A DNA stretch of 64,000 nt from NCBI GenBank assembly GCA_964355135.1, contig CAYHCG010000008.1, positions 423 through 64,422 of the forward strand. Direction: 5' to 3'. Source of the DNA: Candidatus Woesearchaeota archaeon. GTDB taxonomy: Archaea > Nanobdellota > Nanobdellia > Pacearchaeales > GW2011-AR1. The notes under the pieces are model-generated. The model did no database searches and was not told the origin of the DNA. It was given only the letters and a program-made list of their open reading frames with translations. Positions within the stretch are counted from its first letter, which is position 1, and the number at the start of each line of letters is the position of its first letter. Position numbers and translations under genes: made by a program. Shown here in pieces: positions 17,671-28,352 of the stretch.

Positions 17671-20385
17671 ATGGGGAAAAGAGAAATTTTAATTGTACTA
17701 GTATTATTATTAATGTTTAGCGCAGCAACTCAGGCTACTTCTACTATTAACACAAATTCCTCTACCATTGAAAAAAAATATGCAGAAGGAGAATATGTAA
17801 AAGGAAGAGTGAATATGAGTTTCACTGCGCAAGAGAATAAAAGATTTACGAGCAATTTCAGCGGAGGGATTTATTTATATGATTTATTAAGTAATTTGAG
17901 CGCTAACTTTTGGTGCAATCCAAAAAACTGCAAAGACACTTACAGTGCGCAAAGTGGAGCAGAAAGCAAGGAATTTAGTTTATTGAACAACAAGACGGTC
18001 GGCATGAGAATATCTGGGGGCAAAATTGAGGAAATACAAAACTTTGTCTTCAATATTTCAGATTTAAACTCTCAGACCAGTTGCACTAACCAAGTAAGGA
18101 TCGACCTTTTTGATGATGGAGTTATTGATTTTTATAATACTAAAGCCTCAGAAGAAGTTTGTCAAACCACTCCTAAAAAATATGGTTGCTTTGAAAGCAG
18201 CGAGGATTTGCAAATTTCAGATATAACTAAGTCTCCCTATTGTGAAAAAATTAACTTGACTGCTGCCCCTGGATATAAATTAGGAGCTAAAGTAAGAAAG
18301 ACTTCATCTGATGGAGACGCAAAAATAATTCTTGAATTGCATGATAAAAGGAAGGAAGGGCCTTCCTGTGAAATAACTAATATTGCTATTTCATCTACTT
18401 TTGAGGAAGTAACCTGTGATGTTGTTCATCCTTCGCTAGATGAATTCGAGGCATTTATATGCGTAAAATCAAATAAAGACGCTGGGAACTTTGAAATAAG
18501 AGAAGAGAGTAATGAAGTCTGTGGAGGAGCTGGAGAACCTACTCTTTCGCCTTCTTATTTGACTGCAGACTTTGAGATATTCGCTCAGCCGCTTAAATTT
18601 GCGCCCTTGAGCTCATTAGAACTTAATAAAGAAATTTATAAGACTATTACTGGAAGAGTTCTTTTCGCAGATGTTAAATCCTATATACAAACCAGCTATG
18701 GAGCAGATTGTACTGAAGAATGTATCATTCCTATAACCTTAAGCGGTTCGTCCAGCAGTGTTAAAATAGATGCTGCTAAAGTAACTTTCAAGAAAGTAGG
18801 GTCATCCACTACTTCTTCCCAAAGCCTATATGATCTGAGCGAGAAATCATATGAAATTAATCTTAATTCCACTCTGTTAGATATTGAAAAAATGAAATTT
18901 ATTGTTCCTGCAAAGAATGGAACTCATAAATTTTTGTTATGTTTTGATGAAAATGAATGTACTAGCGAGAATGACTTAATTTCTGAAAATATAAATGTTC
19001 TAGTTGGATTTGATTTTTCATTAGGCCCACGATCAGTTCTTGTGGGGCAAAAAACAATATTTGTCGTGAAATCTACAAAGAATTTAAGTTCTACGGTGTG
19101 GAAATTTGGAGATAATAGTTCTATTGTTAATTCTATGAACAACCAAGCAGAACACACATATACTAGAGAGGGAGAGTTTACTATTGAAATAACCGCTACC
19201 ACGAAGAGTGGCGAAACCTCAACTAAGAAGTTTAAAGTCAATGTAGGGGACGCAAAAAAGTCGGTTAATTTGACTATAAATAAATATAATCAGAGAATAC
19301 TTGATGTAGAAGCAGATATAAGAATTCTCCCTACTTGGATAAAAGATGAAGCTGAGAAAGACTTCAAAGTTACTAAAGATGAATTTGTCAGAATAAATAA
19401 CGAATATAAGAATCTTGGCGCGGATGTAAGTAATGAAGAATATATTTCTCTTATTGCCCGCCTATTAGATTTAAAAATGCCCTATGAAATAAGAGCTACA
19501 GAAAAAGGTAGCCTCCCTATGGCCATAGGATTCAATAATATCAACGCAGGTTATGTTAAAGAGATTTCAGGAGATGAATCAGGTGATGAAGAAAATTTAA
19601 AGCAATCCATTATTTCTTGGATCAATAAAAACTATGATGGAGACGTAGCATTTGAGACTTATTCTGCATTATACGATGATGGAAAAGAGGAATTGTTTAC
19701 AACATATAAAATAGAGTTGACTCCAAAGGCAAGTCATGGTGGAGAAGAATCTTATTTGTTCATAGACTACCCTGCAAGTAGCATACGCTTTAATGGAAAC
19801 TATGATGAGAAAAAAACAAATGACGAAGGCGCAGCCTATATTCCGATCGACTCTAGCGGGAAGCCGGATAGTGTTGAGTTTTTGATTAAGGGAGAAACCT
19901 TGCCTGAAATTGAAGAGCTAGGTATTTTTGTCTCACCGGAAACTAATAATTTAGATATAGAGTCTGATAAGCCTATTTCTCCTTACCCTTGGGTAGAAGA
20001 AGGAAAGATATTGTGGGGAAGACTACTTATTTCTTTGGCAATATTATTTTTAGTCCTGCTAGTAATCTATCTTTTATTACAACACTGGTATAAAAACTCC
20101 TATGAGAAACATTTGTTCAAAAATCCCGATGACTTGTATAACTTGCTTAACTTTATTTACAACTCCAGAAAAATTGGGATGGATGATAAGACAATTAAGG
20201 TCAAACTTGGGGAAAAGAACTGGAAAGGAGAACAATTAAGCTATGCCTTCAAGAAGATTGACGGGAAAAGAACGGGAATGTTTGAAATACCTTTATTCAA
20301 ATTCGTTGAAAATAAGAAAGTCAAACAGGAAATTGAGAAAAGGCAGAAAGGGCCTATAGATACAAGATATATTGGACAAAAATAG
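17671..20385 (+). CDS. Large membrane-anchored PKD-domain protein
   Basis: Signal peptide; WKFGD...HTY..EGEF PKD motif; C-terminal TM and cytoplasmic tail. Confidence 0.8.
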   Translation: MGKREILIVLVLLLMFSAATQATSTINTNSSTIEKKYAEGEYVKGRVNMSFTAQENKRFTSNFSGGIYLYDLLSNLSANFWCNPKNCKDTYSAQSGAESKEFSLLNNKTVGMRISGGKIEEIQNFVFNISDLNSQTSCTNQVRIDLFDDGVIDFYNTKASEEVCQTTPKKYGCFESSEDLQISDITKSPYCEKINLTAAPGYKLGAKVRKTSSDGDAKIILELHDKRKEGPSCEITNIAISSTFEEVTCDVVHPSLDEFEAFICVKSNKDAGNFEIREESNEVCGGAGEPTLSPSYLTADFEIFAQPLKFAPLSSLELNKEIYKTITGRVLFADVKSYIQTSYGADCTEECIIPITLSGSSSSVKIDAAKVTFKKVGSSTTSSQSLYDLSEKSYEINLNSTLLDIEKMKFIVPAKNGTHKFLLCFDENECTSENDLISENINVLVGFDFSLGPRSVLVGQKTIFVVKSTKNLSSTVWKFGDNSSIVNSMNNQAEHTYTREGEFTIEITATTKSGETSTKKFKVNVGDAKKSVNLTINKYNQRILDVEADIRILPTWIKDEAEKDFKVTKDEFVRINNEYKNLGADVSNEEYISLIARLLDLKMPYEIRATEKGSLPMAIGFNNINAGYVKEISGDESGDEENLKQSIISWINKNYDGDVAFETYSALYDDGKEELFTTYKIELTPKASHGGEESYLFIDYPASSIRFNGNYDEKKTNDEGAAYIPIDSSGKPDSVEFLIKGETLPEIEELGIFVSPETNNLDIESDKPISPYPWVEEGKILWGRLLISLAILFLVLLVIYLLLQHWYKNSYEKHLFKNPDDLYNLLNFIYNSRKIGMDDKTIKVKLGEKNWKGEQLSYAFKKIDGKRTGMFEIPLFKFVENKKVKQEIEKRQKGPIDTRYIGQK

Positions 20386-20473
20386 CGAGGTTTATGCAAT
20401 AATGCCTGGGCCAGGGGTTGCATAAGTTATTTAAATCCTTAAGTAATTAACTTAACAGAAATATAACAAAAAG

Positions 20474-21112
20474 ATGCTAAAAATACTAAAGAACTTTTCA
20501 AAAAGAGTGCTCAGTGGCTTGTTCAAGAGCAGGAAAACTTTGAAAATAGGATTTTATGGACCTCCCAATGCAGGGAAAACTAGCTTGGCGAACAGAATAT
20601 GTAAGGATTGGACAGGAGAAGAATTAGGGACGGTGAGTAATGTCCCTCACGAGACAAGGAAAGTACAAGTCAAAGAAGAAGTTAAGGTCAAATACAAAGG
20701 CAAAACACTGACTTTCAAGATGATAGATACGCCTGGGATAGCTACAAAAATAGACTATGAAGATTTTTTGAAATTCGGACTAAACAAAAGTACTGCAAAA
20801 AAGAGAGCAAAAGAAGCCACCCAAGGGATTATAGAGTCTATTCAGTGGTTGGATGATGTTGATGCAGTTATAATAGTTTTAGACGCTGCAGAGAACCCTT
20901 ATTCTCAGGTGAACATTACCATCATAGGCAATTTAGTTGCCCGAAAGATCCCCATATTGATAGCAGCTAATAAAATAGATTTGAAGAAGGCAGATATAAA
21001 GAAAATCGAGTCTACTTTTCCAGAATATGATGTAGTTGGAATATCTGCAAAGGATGGACTAAATATGGATGAATTTTATGAGTCACTATTTAAATTAACC
21101 AAAGGAATATGA
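20474..21112 (+). CDS. oapA: Archaeal Era-like GTPase (OapA)
   Basis: GPPNAGKTSLANRI..DW, PHETR, DTPG, EATQG, ANKID. Confidence 0.85.
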   Translation: MLKILKNFSKRVLSGLFKSRKTLKIGFYGPPNAGKTSLANRICKDWTGEELGTVSNVPHETRKVQVKEEVKVKYKGKTLTFKMIDTPGIATKIDYEDFLKFGLNKSTAKKRAKEATQGIIESIQWLDDVDAVIIVLDAAENPYSQVNITIIGNLVARKIPILIAANKIDLKKADIKKIESTFPEYDVVGISAKDGLNMDEFYESLFKLTKGI

Positions 21113-21510
21113 AAATGAAAAAAATATTAAAGAAACTAAGTGGGCTAAGTCTTCATGTGATACCCTTTTCTGAAGTAAAGAATTTATCTATATCAGAGAG
21201 AGTTAAAAAAATATTAAATCTTGTGCTTGGGAATAAGATAGTCATTTTGCATGGCAGATTGAGACCTGAAGAGGAGGCTAGGCTAATAGAAGATACTATG
21301 GCTCTTGTGGACCATGTTAAGGACTTTAGAGGCATAGAACTTGCTGTAATAGAGCCAAATCTTAAAGAAGAGAATGTCTTTGTTAAAATGAGGTATGGTT
21401 TGGCAAAGAAACTTATTGGAGACAATAGTGCCTTGACTATCATTGGACCCGCCTCAGTTATAAAAGAGATAAAGAGAGATCCTAGAAAGCTAGAGTTGTT
21501 GCTTAGTTAA
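21109..21510 (+). CDS. oapB: DUF2073 protein (OapB)
   Basis: L.PEEEARLIE.TM, F.GIE, LTIIGPA motifs; between the GTPase and the Zn ribbon. Confidence 0.85.
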   Translation: MKMKKILKKLSGLSLHVIPFSEVKNLSISERVKKILNLVLGNKIVILHGRLRPEEEARLIEDTMALVDHVKDFRGIELAVIEPNLKEENVFVKMRYGLAKKLIGDNSALTIIGPASVIKEIKRDPRKLELLLS

Positions 21511-21581
21511 AAACGTTTAACCGAATAAGTAGTGTTTTAGAGTTAGCAAATATTTATTAATCTTTCACGACACCAAGTTTA

Positions 21582-21974
21582 ATGCCCTATAAGTGTGTTC
21601 ATTGCTCGAAAATTTTTGATGATGGTTCTACTCAAGTGCTAACTGGATGCGATAACTGCCAGCATAAATTCTTTTTCTATATTAGAAAAGATCAGCTAGA
21701 GAAGATAAAGGAAAGTGAGAAAGAAAATGTTGAACTCACTAATGTAGAGAAAAAACAAATAGAGAAGGACATCAGAGATATTGCGGGTATTGAAGATGAA
21801 GAAACCCCAGTCTATCTTGATTTTGAAAGTATAAAGATCATCAAACCTGGAAAGTATGTTGTCGATTTAGGAAACTTATTTTCAGTCAATAAACCTAGGG
21901 TTTATAAAATTGAAGACGGGAAGTATGTTGTCGATTTGTCTTCCTTAAGGGGACATCATAAGAGTACTATTTAA
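21582..21974 (+). CDS. oapC: DUF2072 Zn-ribbon protein (OapC)
   Basis: MP..C..C...F.DGS..L.GC..C..KFF.Y; ESIKI..PGKY. Confidence 0.85.
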   Translation: MPYKCVHCSKIFDDGSTQVLTGCDNCQHKFFFYIRKDQLEKIKESEKENVELTNVEKKQIEKDIRDIAGIEDEETPVYLDFESIKIIKPGKYVVDLGNLFSVNKPRVYKIEDGKYVVDLSSLRGHHKSTI

Positions 21975-21998
21975 AAGCTTAGAAAACTTAATCATTCT

Positions 21999-23276
21999 AT
22001 GAAGATAAATGAGGCATTAAAGAAACTAGATTTTTCGGTAAATAAGGAAGAAATGAATTCTATAAATAAGGAAACTAAAGTGTTTATAGACTGCTTAAAA
22101 GAAAATATAAAAAAGAAAAAAATCAATGCAGAGGTCTTTATTGGGGGAAGTTTTGCCAAGGGGACTCTTGCTGCTTCGGAAGAATACGATATTGATGTAT
22201 TTGTAAGATTTGACTGGAAATATGAGGACTTGTCGAGATTGTTAGAAGATGTATTGAACGGAGTATCTAAAACCTTAAAATTAAATTTAACTAGGATGCA
22301 CGGAAGTAGAGACTATTTTAGGATTGAAAAAGATAAGAAATTAACTTTTGAAGTTGTTCCTGTTCTTAAAATAAAAAAAGTAAAAGAAGCCAGAAATGTC
22401 ACAGATCAAAGCTATTTTCATGTGAATTATGTTAAGAGAAACTTGAACGATAAAATGCGCAGGGAGATACTGCTACTGAAGAAATTTTGTAAAGCAGCTA
22501 GAGTGTATGGGGCAGAGTCGTATATTAATGGTTTTTCCGGGTATGGAATAGAATGCTTGATCATTCAATATAAGACTTTTGAAAAAACACTTAAGGAACT
22601 TATAAAAGTAAAACTCGAAGAGAGATTGATTCTAGACCCCGCTAAAAGTTATAAGAATAAGAAAGATATCTTTCTTAATGTTAACGAAAATAAGATCCGT
22701 GGCCCCGTTGTATTGATAGACCCCACATGGAAAGAAAGGAATATTCTATCGGCTCTGAACTGGATAACTTTAAAGAAGTTTCAGGAGAGTGCGGAGGAAT
22801 TTCTCAGAAAGCCAAGTGAGAAATTCTTTTACGTGAAAGAATTTGACGAGAATACTTTTAGAAATAAAGCAAAAAACCACGAGCTCTTAAAGATAAGGCT
22901 CGAGACGGATCGACAGGAAGGGGACATAGCGGGCACAAAACTAAAGAAATTCTCTAAATTTTTACTAGTTGAAATAAAGAAGTATTTTGAACTAATAGAA
23001 GAAGAATTCGTGTACGAAGGGGAAAAAGAGGCTAACTTACATGTAATATTGAAAAGTAAGAAAGAAATTGTAAAGATGGGGCCAGCTCTAGAAAGAAAAG
23101 ATGATGTTAAGGCATTTAAAAAAGTCAATAAAGATACTTTTGAGAAAAATGACCATATACATGCAAGAAAAAAGATTGATTTTACTGCGCGGAAGTTTAT
23201 AGAGAATTTTGCAAAGGCAGAAAAAAAGAGAAAACTCAAAGAGATGGGAATTATTGAAATGAGTATTGAAAAATAA
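21999..23276 (+). CDS. cca: CCA-adding enzyme (class I)
   Basis: GGSFAKGT..DIDVF, YGAE..I.GFSGY..E, IDP...RN motifs. Confidence 0.93.
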   Translation: MKINEALKKLDFSVNKEEMNSINKETKVFIDCLKENIKKKKINAEVFIGGSFAKGTLAASEEYDIDVFVRFDWKYEDLSRLLEDVLNGVSKTLKLNLTRMHGSRDYFRIEKDKKLTFEVVPVLKIKKVKEARNVTDQSYFHVNYVKRNLNDKMRREILLLKKFCKAARVYGAESYINGFSGYGIECLIIQYKTFEKTLKELIKVKLEERLILDPAKSYKNKKDIFLNVNENKIRGPVVLIDPTWKERNILSALNWITLKKFQESAEEFLRKPSEKFFYVKEFDENTFRNKAKNHELLKIRLETDRQEGDIAGTKLKKFSKFLLVEIKKYFELIEEEFVYEGEKEANLHVILKSKKEIVKMGPALERKDDVKAFKKVNKDTFEKNDHIHARKKIDFTARKFIENFAKAEKKRKLKEMGIIEMSIEK

Positions 23277-23278
23277 AT

Positions 23279-24133
23279 TTACAATGCTTTACTAGCTACT
23301 TTGCTTTTTAGCTCTTGAGCAAGAGGCTTTAAGTCTAAGGCTTTGATATTTGCATTTCCGCTCTTAAGATTATTTTCTACTATTAAGGATAAGGAATTTG
23401 CGAAAAACTGTGAATTAAGCCAGACTCCTACTTCTTCGTCTGAATTCTCAGCAGTAATCATGAATAATGCTTCCTGCTTGTCTGAAATGAACAATCTTGC
23501 TTCTGAAGTAGTTGTTGATGCTTTAATATTGAACTTAGAAGTGATTTTCTTTATTTTTTCAGGAGCGCCTGAAAGAGCAATTTTGACTCTAACATTGTTT
23601 TTAATTGCCTGCTCTATTGCTGGAACTAAAACTCTGCTTTTATCTTCAAAGTCTAGAGCTGAAGTTGATATAAAGACTTCTTTCTTAGCGTTTTGTATTA
23701 ATTCTCTTACTCTTGAGATAACATTAGATCTGCCTTTTAATGATCCTGTAATTTCATGAGTCTTTATAGGAGATATTCCAGTATTGTGTAACTTTTCAAG
23801 CTCTTCATACTCTGCAGTCTCCTTTAGAGTGGAAAGGTTCTTTACTTTATCCTGAGCGTCCTGCATTGTCTTTAACTTCATTTTTTCTAAGACTTCAACC
23901 GGCTTTACTGCGATGTATTTGACAGGCTTACCTATTTTAGTTATTGCAAAACCTCTTTTCTCAAGGCTTTCTAAAACATCATATGTTCTTGAACGTGGAA
24001 CGCCTGAAATAGTGGCAATTTCTCCTGCAGAGGCTATTCCTCTGGAAAGTAAGGCGATCCATACTTTGGTTTCATAAATATTAAGATTGAAATATTCTTT
24101 TATTCTCTTTACTAATTCTTGTTTTATTATCAT
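23279..24133 (-). CDS. TrmB/TrmBL2-like regulator or chromatin protein
   Basis: LNIYETKVWIALL, SGVPRSRTYDVLESLEKRGF, GKP.KY.AV.P. Confidence 0.9.
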   Translation of the reverse strand: MIIKQELVKRIKEYFNLNIYETKVWIALLSRGIASAGEIATISGVPRSRTYDVLESLEKRGFAITKIGKPVKYIAVKPVEVLEKMKLKTMQDAQDKVKNLSTLKETAEYEELEKLHNTGISPIKTHEITGSLKGRSNVISRVRELIQNAKKEVFISTSALDFEDKSRVLVPAIEQAIKNNVRVKIALSGAPEKIKKITSKFNIKASTTTSEARLFISDKQEALFMITAENSDEEVGVWLNSQFFANSLSLIVENNLKSGNANIKALDLKPLAQELKSKVASKAL

Positions 24134-24242
24134 GAAGTTACAACACATCAGAGCCTATTTAAACTTTTCGGTTCTGTTATGACTAGTGAATGACACAACA
24201 ATTTAGAATAAAAATTGAGTTAGAGAGTAGTAAAATGCTTCA

Positions 24243-25244
24243 TCAAATTAAATAAGCGATTGCAAGGCCGATAAACGCCCCTACAGTTATGAAAGGCATT
24301 GCTGGATAGAATTTCCCTTTCTCGGAAATATAAAACAGAAACGCAAGAGCTATAGTGGAAAATAGAGACACTATTAAGGCTTGAAGCAATCCCCAATGAT
24401 TGAACACTACTCCGGCCAATATTAATGGAAATACGACATCGCCTCCACCTAAAATTGCTAAACTAACCTTTACTTTCTTGTTTTTATTCTTTGAGAGTTT
24501 TGCTTTTGCCAATTGATCTCTTTCCTTCTGGCCTAAATAAGGGACAAAGAAACCTGTGAAGATCTTTACTTTTTCGATCTGGTATTTTGCCATCTTCTGC
24601 ATAAACCCTGCATGCCAGACTGCATACATATCGTATAATGAAATTAAAATTAGAATTGCGGATATTGCAATAATACTCCATGCACTTGCCGAAAGACCAA
24701 AATATTCATATAATTTCCCAAAATACTTGCCGCTTGATAATGCCTTATCTGTAAAATTGAATAGAACCACGAAAATTGAAGCGATACCTGGATAGATTAA
24801 TAACTCCGAAATATTGTGGACGATAATGTTTCTTTTGAAAATTTTAAAAATAGCTATTGGGAGGGCGATTATCAAGGCTATTAAAGGAGAATAAGGAAAG
24901 TTAAGCAATAAAGAATTGAATGTTATTCCAAGCGCTAAAGTAACTACGATAAAAAACCATGTTCTGAGTATAGTCTCCGCTTTAAATTTCATTAATGTCA
25001 GCATTAAGAAAACTGCTATGGCTATTGCGATAACTATGGAAACTAATGTTCCCTGAGGCGTAACGTCCTCTGGAGGATCCATCCCATAAGGAAGATTATA
25101 GGAAGTTACATTGGTTATGGTTCCATTCTCATCAGCAACCTGACTTATTTGAGGCGAATACTGACTTATAACAAACAATCCGATTAATTGTGTAATGAAA
25201 AACATGCCCAAGAGAAGTAATGTTATTTTTATTGCATGCTTCAT
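24243..25244 (-). CDS. Presenilin/SPP-family intramembrane aspartyl protease
   Basis: YD, LGGGD and PAMP motifs in a polytopic membrane protein. Confidence 0.92.
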   Translation of the reverse strand: MKHAIKITLLLLGMFFITQLIGLFVISQYSPQISQVADENGTITNVTSYNLPYGMDPPEDVTPQGTLVSIVIAIAIAVFLMLTLMKFKAETILRTWFFIVVTLALGITFNSLLLNFPYSPLIALIIALPIAIFKIFKRNIIVHNISELLIYPGIASIFVVLFNFTDKALSSGKYFGKLYEYFGLSASAWSIIAISAILILISLYDMYAVWHAGFMQKMAKYQIEKVKIFTGFFVPYLGQKERDQLAKAKLSKNKNKKVKVSLAILGGGDVVFPLILAGVVFNHWGLLQALIVSLFSTIALAFLFYISEKGKFYPAMPFITVGAFIGLAIAYLI

Positions 25245-25365
25245 AATAGCAATTAGTAAATTGGGTTTTTATATGTTGGTAGTTATATTGATACTGAATA
25301 TGTGAATGATTGTTGAATGTTTGAAGTCAAAGAAATCTTATAAATATGGACCAGATATTTAATAT

Positions 25366-25626
25366 ATGAAGAAATGGGTAATTCTGTCTATTGTTGTTTT
25401 AATTATTCTTGCAGGAATTTATTTTTATTTTGGTAAAAGTTTCTCACCTAATCCTCATGAGGCATGCATTCAAAGAGTTCAAAGAGAAAATTCATTTTGT
25501 GCCACGGTAGAAGAAGAGCAATGTAAATATTATCATAATTATTCAAATTCCATACCTGGAGGCGGAAACTGTTATTGGTCAGAAGAAATGTCATCGTGTA
25601 GTGGAGAGACACGAGGTTGTGATTAA
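25366..25626 (+). CDS. Small membrane-anchored Cys-containing protein
   Basis: N-terminal TM plus six Cys. Confidence 0.6.
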   Translation: MKKWVILSIVVLIILAGIYFYFGKSFSPNPHEACIQRVQRENSFCATVEEEQCKYYHNYSNSIPGGGNCYWSEEMSSCSGETRGCD

Positions 25627-25638
25627 TTAAAACAAACT

Positions 25639-27531
25639 TTACTTCAGCCTAATTGTTTCTAAGTTTCTTGGAACAACGGTTTCTATATTATTTGAACGAT
25701 ATAGTGTTGAAGCAAGGTCTAAGGACTTGGAGACTTCACCATGATTGATGATTATCTTTTTAGGTCGAGGAGACATACGGCTTACATACTGTAAGAGCTC
25801 GTTTCTTCCAGAATGAGCTGAAAATCCTGACAATGTTTCTACTTTCATCTTGACTTCTACTTTTTCATTTCCATAGTCTTTACCAAGATGGACCTCTTTA
25901 TTACCTTCCTGAATCTGTCTTCCCAAAGAACCAATTGATTGATAACAACTGAAGGCAATCACATTGTTAGGGCTATCTGCAAGATTTCTGAAATACTCTA
26001 CAGATGCTCCTCCAACAAGCATACCAGAAGTTGCAATAATTATGCAAGATCCGCCTTCAATAACTTCCTTTCTTTCGGTTGGGCTACCTATTCTCTTGAA
26101 TATATCAGAAACAAAAGGATTGTTATCCTGGAATATCTGTGAGCGTACTGAAGCGCTTAGAAAGTCTGGATAGGCCGTATGAATTGCATTAATATCCCAA
26201 ATCATCCCATCAATATAGACAGGGATCTTGGGTATTTCTCCGTTTCTTACTGCTTCTTCGACTCTAAGCATTGTTTCCTGGGCGTGGCCTAAACCTAGTT
26301 CTGGAAAGAGAACTTTTCCATTTTTCTGGATAGCTTCATTAACTAACTGGATAAACCGATCTTCTGCTTCCTTTCTAGGAGGCAGGATATCAGCTTTGCC
26401 GCCATAAGTAGATTCCATTTGCAGAGTCTCCACGCGAGGAAAACGATTGACTGCAGGGTCGAGAAGGCGGGATTTTGCATATTTTGTATCTGCGCTGTAA
26501 ACAAAATTGTGCAAGCCATTACCTATATTTACATGCACCTGGGCAGAGCCAAGAACGTGCCCTGCATTATAGAAGGTGATTCTAATGTCTGGAGTGATGT
26601 CTGTGACCTCTCCGTATTCTAAACATACTGAATGCCTTACCATTTCCTTGATATCTTCTGCTTTGTAAAGTGGAAACTCTGCTTTTTTATATGCTACTCC
26701 GATTAAGTCTAACTGTAATAAGGCAGATACGTCACGAGTTGGAGAAGTCATATAGATTGGGCCGCGATAACCCATTTTGAAAATATAGGGGACAAGGCCG
26801 CTATGATCTAAATGAGCGTGAGATAAGACTATTGCATCTATGCTATTGATGTCTCCTATTTCTGCAACATCAAGATAAGGAAATTTTTCAGGGCCCTCTG
26901 ATATCCCCGGGTTGATTCCGCAATCTAACAAGACTTTTGAATTTGGAGTGTGCAACAGTAAACATGACCTTCCCACTTGTCTCCCGCTACCCAGGAAAGT
27001 CAGTCTTACCCAGATATCTTTTTTCTCAGGATTCCAGTCGTTGTATATTTTCTTTCCAATTTCATGAAGAAATTTTCTCCTATAATTGTTATTTGCATAA
27101 AGAACTGAGCGGATCTTTTCAGTTATTTTTGAAGGAATGACGGGACTTCTTTGCACAACTGCCGACCAAAATGTGGATTTGCGAATATCTGAGAGAATGG
27201 AACCCTGTTTGCCTATTACAAGCCCAGGTTTTTTTGCTTCAATGATGACTGTGCTTCTTTGCACGTCAAAAATGACATTAATGATCTCAGCTTCAGCCTG
27301 AACAAGGGCGCGAATGGTTTTTTCTGTTTCTTCTTCGGTTGCCAAAATGCTTCTATCTGCCCTTAATTCAACTCTCTTTTTTATTTTGGAGACTACTTTT
27401 TTAATGCTCTCCTCTCCTGTCTTAAAAAACTCTTTATTGTTTGTGTAGAGAACTATGTTTGCGCCTTCAAATATGGCATCATTGATTACGTTAGGCAAGT
27501 CGTCCTTAATTGTCTTTAAAATGTCGCTCAT
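25639..27531 (-). CDS. fttA: aCPSF1/FttA beta-CASP ribonuclease (transcription termination factor)
   Basis: KH-like N-terminus (KPGLVIG), VGRS, SHAHLDH, AGHVLGSA, MESTYG, GFSAH, HGE. Confidence 0.95.
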   Translation of the reverse strand: MSDILKTIKDDLPNVINDAIFEGANIVLYTNNKEFFKTGEESIKKVVSKIKKRVELRADRSILATEEETEKTIRALVQAEAEIINVIFDVQRSTVIIEAKKPGLVIGKQGSILSDIRKSTFWSAVVQRSPVIPSKITEKIRSVLYANNNYRRKFLHEIGKKIYNDWNPEKKDIWVRLTFLGSGRQVGRSCLLLHTPNSKVLLDCGINPGISEGPEKFPYLDVAEIGDINSIDAIVLSHAHLDHSGLVPYIFKMGYRGPIYMTSPTRDVSALLQLDLIGVAYKKAEFPLYKAEDIKEMVRHSVCLEYGEVTDITPDIRITFYNAGHVLGSAQVHVNIGNGLHNFVYSADTKYAKSRLLDPAVNRFPRVETLQMESTYGGKADILPPRKEAEDRFIQLVNEAIQKNGKVLFPELGLGHAQETMLRVEEAVRNGEIPKIPVYIDGMIWDINAIHTAYPDFLSASVRSQIFQDNNPFVSDIFKRIGSPTERKEVIEGGSCIIIATSGMLVGGASVEYFRNLADSPNNVIAFSCYQSIGSLGRQIQEGNKEVHLGKDYGNEKVEVKMKVETLSGFSAHSGRNELLQYVSRMSPRPKKIIINHGEVSKSLDLASTLYRSNNIETVVPRNLETIRLK

Positions 27532-27575
27532 TTTCTGTTTAAGATATCGAGTTTAATAGATGATGTGAATGATGA

Positions 27576-28229
27576 TTACTTGTATTGCGGGATAATTTCT
27601 TCGGATACTACTTGATTTACCCCATCTTTCGTAATACTAATAACATCTATTCCATTCCCTGATGAAACGTCTCTTTGTGTAGATGCTTTTATACACTCCT
27701 TGGAGAGTTCTATTGCTTCCTTGACCGTAATATCTTTCTTATACATTCTCTCCATAAATCCTAGTATATATGGCATTCCTGAGGAGAAATTAGCATCATA
27801 TTCTTTAACTTTGTATACTCCTCCGGCAGGTTCTATGGTATAGAGTTCGGCAGTTCCATCTTCATTATGTCCGCCGATGAGCAGGCCCACTATGAAAGGG
27901 ACCATGGTCGGAGTACGAATGTTTCTGTAAAGCATCATGCCAACAAGATTTGCTGCTTCCTTAACCGTGGGCCTTGACTTGTTTCTTAATTCCTGCAACC
28001 TTAATTCTGCAGCTAAAACTTTTTCTGAAATTATTGCGTCTGCAGCTCCTCCAGTTGTTGCTATAACAATGTAGTCGTTAACCTTTTTTACTTTTCTTTC
28101 ATCTTTGCTCATGATTATCGTTCCAGCTGTAACCCTTCTATCTGCAGCCATTACGACTCCGTCTTTACAAACAATTCCCACTATGCTTGTGTGCGATTTC
28201 AACATTTTGTCAGAAATTTCTTTATTCAT
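27576..28229 (-). CDS. psmB: Proteasome subunit beta
   Basis: T-S-IVGIVCKDGVVMAADRR, SG, RD..SG motifs; upstream of aCPSF1 as commonly seen in archaea. Confidence 0.93.
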   Translation of the reverse strand: MNKEISDKMLKSHTSIVGIVCKDGVVMAADRRVTAGTIIMSKDERKVKKVNDYIVIATTGGAADAIISEKVLAAELRLQELRNKSRPTVKEAANLVGMMLYRNIRTPTMVPFIVGLLIGGHNEDGTAELYTIEPAGGVYKVKEYDANFSSGMPYILGFMERMYKKDITVKEAIELSKECIKASTQRDVSSGNGIDVISITKDGVNQVVSEEIIPQYK

Positions 28230-28352
28230 TTTGAGAGAATGATATAGCCTAAAGAGGCGTTTACTATTTAAACTTTTTGGTAGATTTATTTTTAAATTCT
28301 TTTTAGAAAAGTTTTTAAAACAATAATGAATATAATAAATAAGATAAATAAA

